Virus record (IMG/VR): IMGVR_UViG_3300044823_000252
Coordinates: 1 to 60,787 of that record
Origin: a virus
Taxonomy: Duplodnaviria > Caudoviricetes
DNA: 60,787 nucleotides
Strand: one strand, 5' to 3'
The first letter of the stretch is position 1. Each line of letters opens with the position of its first letter. Both the position numbers and the translations under genes were made by a program. The notes beneath the pieces were generated by a model that saw only the letters and a list, made by a program, of their open reading frames with translations, had not been told where the DNA came from and searched no databases. Shown piece after piece: positions 58,213 through 60,787 of this stretch.

Positions 58213-58892
58213 GCGAACCGCATGAATTGCCTCCCGCCACCACCGACGATGCAGCCCCCGTGAGGCCGCACCCCGTCGACGTAGCGCTCGCCGCGATCAG
58301 TCAGATGGCTGGGGACTTGCTCGGCAGTGACAAGCCGAACCGGTTCGGCGAGATCCGGTCGATCACGTCGATCGCGATGCAACTTCAGCGGATGCGTCCC
58401 GACGTGGGTGTGAGCGAGATCGGCGACCACGAGGACTACAACGACGCTCCCGTCATGATGCGTCGCGGTCAAGTGCATGGTGGCGGGTTCAACGACGCCG
58501 CGGACGTGAGCCGTGAGATCCTCATGATGGCGCAGACCTTCATCACCCAGTACGCCGAGGCCGAGAAGAGGAAGGCGGACAAGCCAGACCCCGACGTCCG
58601 GCTGAACGAGGTGGGCGAGCTGGCGGAGCTCTACATGCTGCGCCTGAAGCTGGCTGGCGCGGACCAGGACATCCCGCCCGAGATCAACTACCGTATCAGT
58701 CACCTACTCAAGCGGATCGGAGAGCCAAGCCATGAACCTGATCGACCTCAATGGGATCCCGCTCTTTCTCCCGAGCATGTACGGGGATGTCAAGTTGACG
58801 GCTCAGGGGGACCAGACCGAGGTGGAGTGGGAGCGGATCTCGCCGAGCGAGCGGGAGGCGATGACGGCGCTCGGCAAGAAGTACAGCGTTGA
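58209..58892 (+). CDS. Hypothetical protein
   Basis: ATGA-coupled start; 3' end overlaps the next gene by ~160 bp. Confidence 0.55.
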   Translation: MSEPHELPPATTDDAAPVRPHPVDVALAAISQMAGDLLGSDKPNRFGEIRSITSIAMQLQRMRPDVGVSEIGDHEDYNDAPVMMRRGQVHGGGFNDAADVSREILMMAQTFITQYAEAEKRKADKPDPDVRLNEVGELAELYMLRLKLAGADQDIPPEINYRISHLLKRIGEPSHEPDRPQWDPALSPEHVRGCQVDGSGGPDRGGVGADLAERAGGDDGARQEVQR

Positions 58893-59472
58893 CACGACCG
58901 CTGACGTAGGGAAGGTGCTCGTCGCGAAACCCATCGACAAGGTGGAGAGTCTGCTCGCCAAGGCGATGAAGCGCGGCAGGAAGCTCCTGACCGCGGTCGT
59001 CTTCCAGAACGGACGGATCGAGGAGGTCCACCGCGCCAGCGACGGAGACGGGGCGGCATCGGCCTCGAAGGTTGTCAAGACGGTCAAGGACACCGTCAAG
59101 GCGGCCGTCACCGTCGCGCAGCCGACCCTCGGCTGCCCGGTGCCGGAGTTCGAGCGTGCGGACGTCCGCGCGACGCGTGTGCTTCGGGAGTTTCTGACGC
59201 CCAGGCAGCTCGAGGACTTCGACCGGACGCAGAGTTTCCTCGTCGTCGGTGGAGACACGGGGCATCGCTACATCCTGACGAGTCGACAGGCGTCGCGCGA
59301 TCGGCTCGCGAAGGTGGACGGCCGCAGCGTCTTCGATCTCGATCTGGGTCACGCTGTCTGCGTGCACGACTGGGTGGTGCCGGCGGCCGAGGAGCTCCTC
59401 GAACTGAAGCTGTTCCTCGAGTTGCCCGACCGAGAGCGATACGTCAACGCGCTCGCCGACGCGCACGGATAG
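58732..59472 (+). CDS. Hypothetical protein
   Basis: GGAG RBS; 246 aa. Confidence 0.7.
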   Translation: MNLIDLNGIPLFLPSMYGDVKLTAQGDQTEVEWERISPSEREAMTALGKKYSVDTTADVGKVLVAKPIDKVESLLAKAMKRGRKLLTAVVFQNGRIEEVHRASDGDGAASASKVVKTVKDTVKAAVTVAQPTLGCPVPEFERADVRATRVLREFLTPRQLEDFDRTQSFLVVGGDTGHRYILTSRQASRDRLAKVDGRSVFDLDLGHAVCVHDWVVPAAEELLELKLFLELPDRERYVNALADAHG

Positions 59473-59482
59473 GTGAGCGGCC

Positions 59483-59746
59483 ATGCTGGACGAGGCGCGG
59501 AGAGAGCTCGGCGAAAAGACGCGATCTCAGATCGAGGAGGAGACGGCCTACAAGTGGGCCGAACGCTCGGTAGCCGCGTACGAGCGGTACGTGCTCGGCG
59601 GTAGTTCCGCACCTACGTGGCTGCGCGACGCGCAGCACTACGCCGACGAGGCGATCGAGCACGCGTCACTCGCGGACCGATCGGGCGACGTCTTGCGCAG
59701 TGTCCGGAGGTGGATCCGCCACTTCGTCCCGGACACCGTGATCTAG
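59483..59746 (+). CDS. Hypothetical protein
   Basis: Last gene of the rightward operon. Confidence 0.6.
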   Translation: MLDEARRELGEKTRSQIEEETAYKWAERSVAAYERYVLGGSSAPTWLRDAQHYADEAIEHASLADRSGDVLRSVRRWIRHFVPDTVI

Positions 59747-60520
59747 ACGTCTTCGAGCAGTGTTTGGATGTCCGAGAGCGCGACCCGGTAGGCGTTCTCT
59801 CGGATGAGGCCACCCTTCTGGACGAGCTCGTCCGGGTGAGACGCGAGCCGCGCGGCGTTGTCGGCGCGCGCCGTCAGGCGCACCTCGATCGCTTCGAGCG
59901 CGCGTACGAGCTTGACGACCCTCGCTTCGAGGGTCATTCGGCCAACACCGTCGAGTTGGAGCAGTTCGGCGCGGTTCATCGGATCGATCCGGTGTGCTGC
60001 TTGCGCCACGCCTCCATCGAGTCCGCACACGCGCGCGCCTCGGCGACCTTCTTGAGGTCGCCGCCCTGCTGCCAGTACTGGGCAGCCCAGAGCCGTATGG
60101 CGACCGGAGCGAGCGGGTCGCTGCCGCGCAGGGTGAAGGTCGGTTCGTCGATTGGTCCCATCGTTCCAGCACCTCTTTCCATGTTCTCTTCGGTCACGGC
60201 AGCGGCTCTACGCCGATGTCCGATCCGTGTGACTGCGCGAGCGCCCGGAATCGCTTCGCGCAGTCGGTGCACGCGGGCGTCTTCTTGGCGTCTGGGTCCG
60301 TCCATACGACGAGCCAGCGCGCCTCCGCACCGCACATCTTGCCGTCCGGAGGCAGCGTGGCGACGCAACGTTGAGCTCCGGCTGGGGCCGGGGGTTGCTG
60401 CGTGGACGGAGTCGGCGGGTGCTCCTTCTCCTCCTCAGCGCGAGTCAAGCCGACTGGGTTCACTGGAGCACTCTCCCTCTCTCGTTGCAGTTTGTGCAAA
60501 GACCACGCTCGTGGACGTAG

Positions 60521-60664
60521 TCATCGATCAGGTTGGAGGCCTCCAGTACCCTTGAACAGCACCACAGTGACGACGGCTTCGACGAGCCTGCCGCCGTCTA
60601 CAAGCCTCTTCATGAGCGCCTCGTTGGAGGCCTTCACGATCTCGATCTCTTCGTCCTGATTCAT
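60521..60664 (-). CDS. Hypothetical protein starting at the IS target site
   Basis: MNQDEEIEIVK..; its ATG is part of the TCAT target. Confidence 0.5.
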   Translation of the reverse strand: MNQDEEIEIVKASNEALMKRLVDGGRLVEAVVTVVLFKGTGGLQPDR

Positions 60665-60787
60665 CGAATAACCGGGGCGGAAACCCCGTCCTTTAGGGTG
60701 GGGAGGAGCCCCTCTGGGCCGCGACGTACTGCTTGACGATCTCGAGCGGCGCACCGCCACACGATACCGCGCAGTACGACGGCGACC
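60665..60787 (+). mobile_element. Partial IS200/IS605 element, inverted identical copy of nt 1-123
   Basis: 60661-60787 is the exact reverse complement of 1-127; tnpA tail at 60693-60787 on the minus strand. Confidence 0.88.

Overview
This is a GC-rich 60.8 kb contig that looks like the non-structural part of a large phage or phage-like element. It has dense, translationally coupled small ORFs and no capsid, terminase, tail, rRNA or tRNA genes that I can recognise. Recognisable genes include a primase-DnaB helicase fusion, a UvrD helicase, an SF2 helicase with an intein, a DnaQ exonuclease, an exonuclease/Sak4-ATPase(intein)/SSB recombination module, Dam, RtcB, ParB-like, ThyX and MazG-like genes. 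Both ends are the same 127-bp piece of an IS200/IS605 element in inverted orientation, most likely an assembly break. A complete second IS605 (tnpA+tnpB) sits inside an M41-like peptidase gene. The main finding is a stand-alone type V CRISPR locus with no cas1/cas2 in the window. It consists of a 691-aa Cas12m-like (V-U1/V-M) effector that, unlike characterised Cas12m, keeps a D-E-D RuvC triad, followed 41 bp later by a 22-repeat/21-spacer array. The distal end of the array truncates a thymine-hypermodification-family gene. Other notable observations: an apparently circularly permuted Cas4-like PD-(D/E)XK nuclease, an operon of modular proteins punctuated by a recurring xE(A/S/T)R motif, an IS605 whose antisense strand is stop-free and in frame with its host gene, a class 3 intein, and iteron-like repeats inside the primase-helicase gene. 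All family assignments come from motif recognition by eye; no database search was run.
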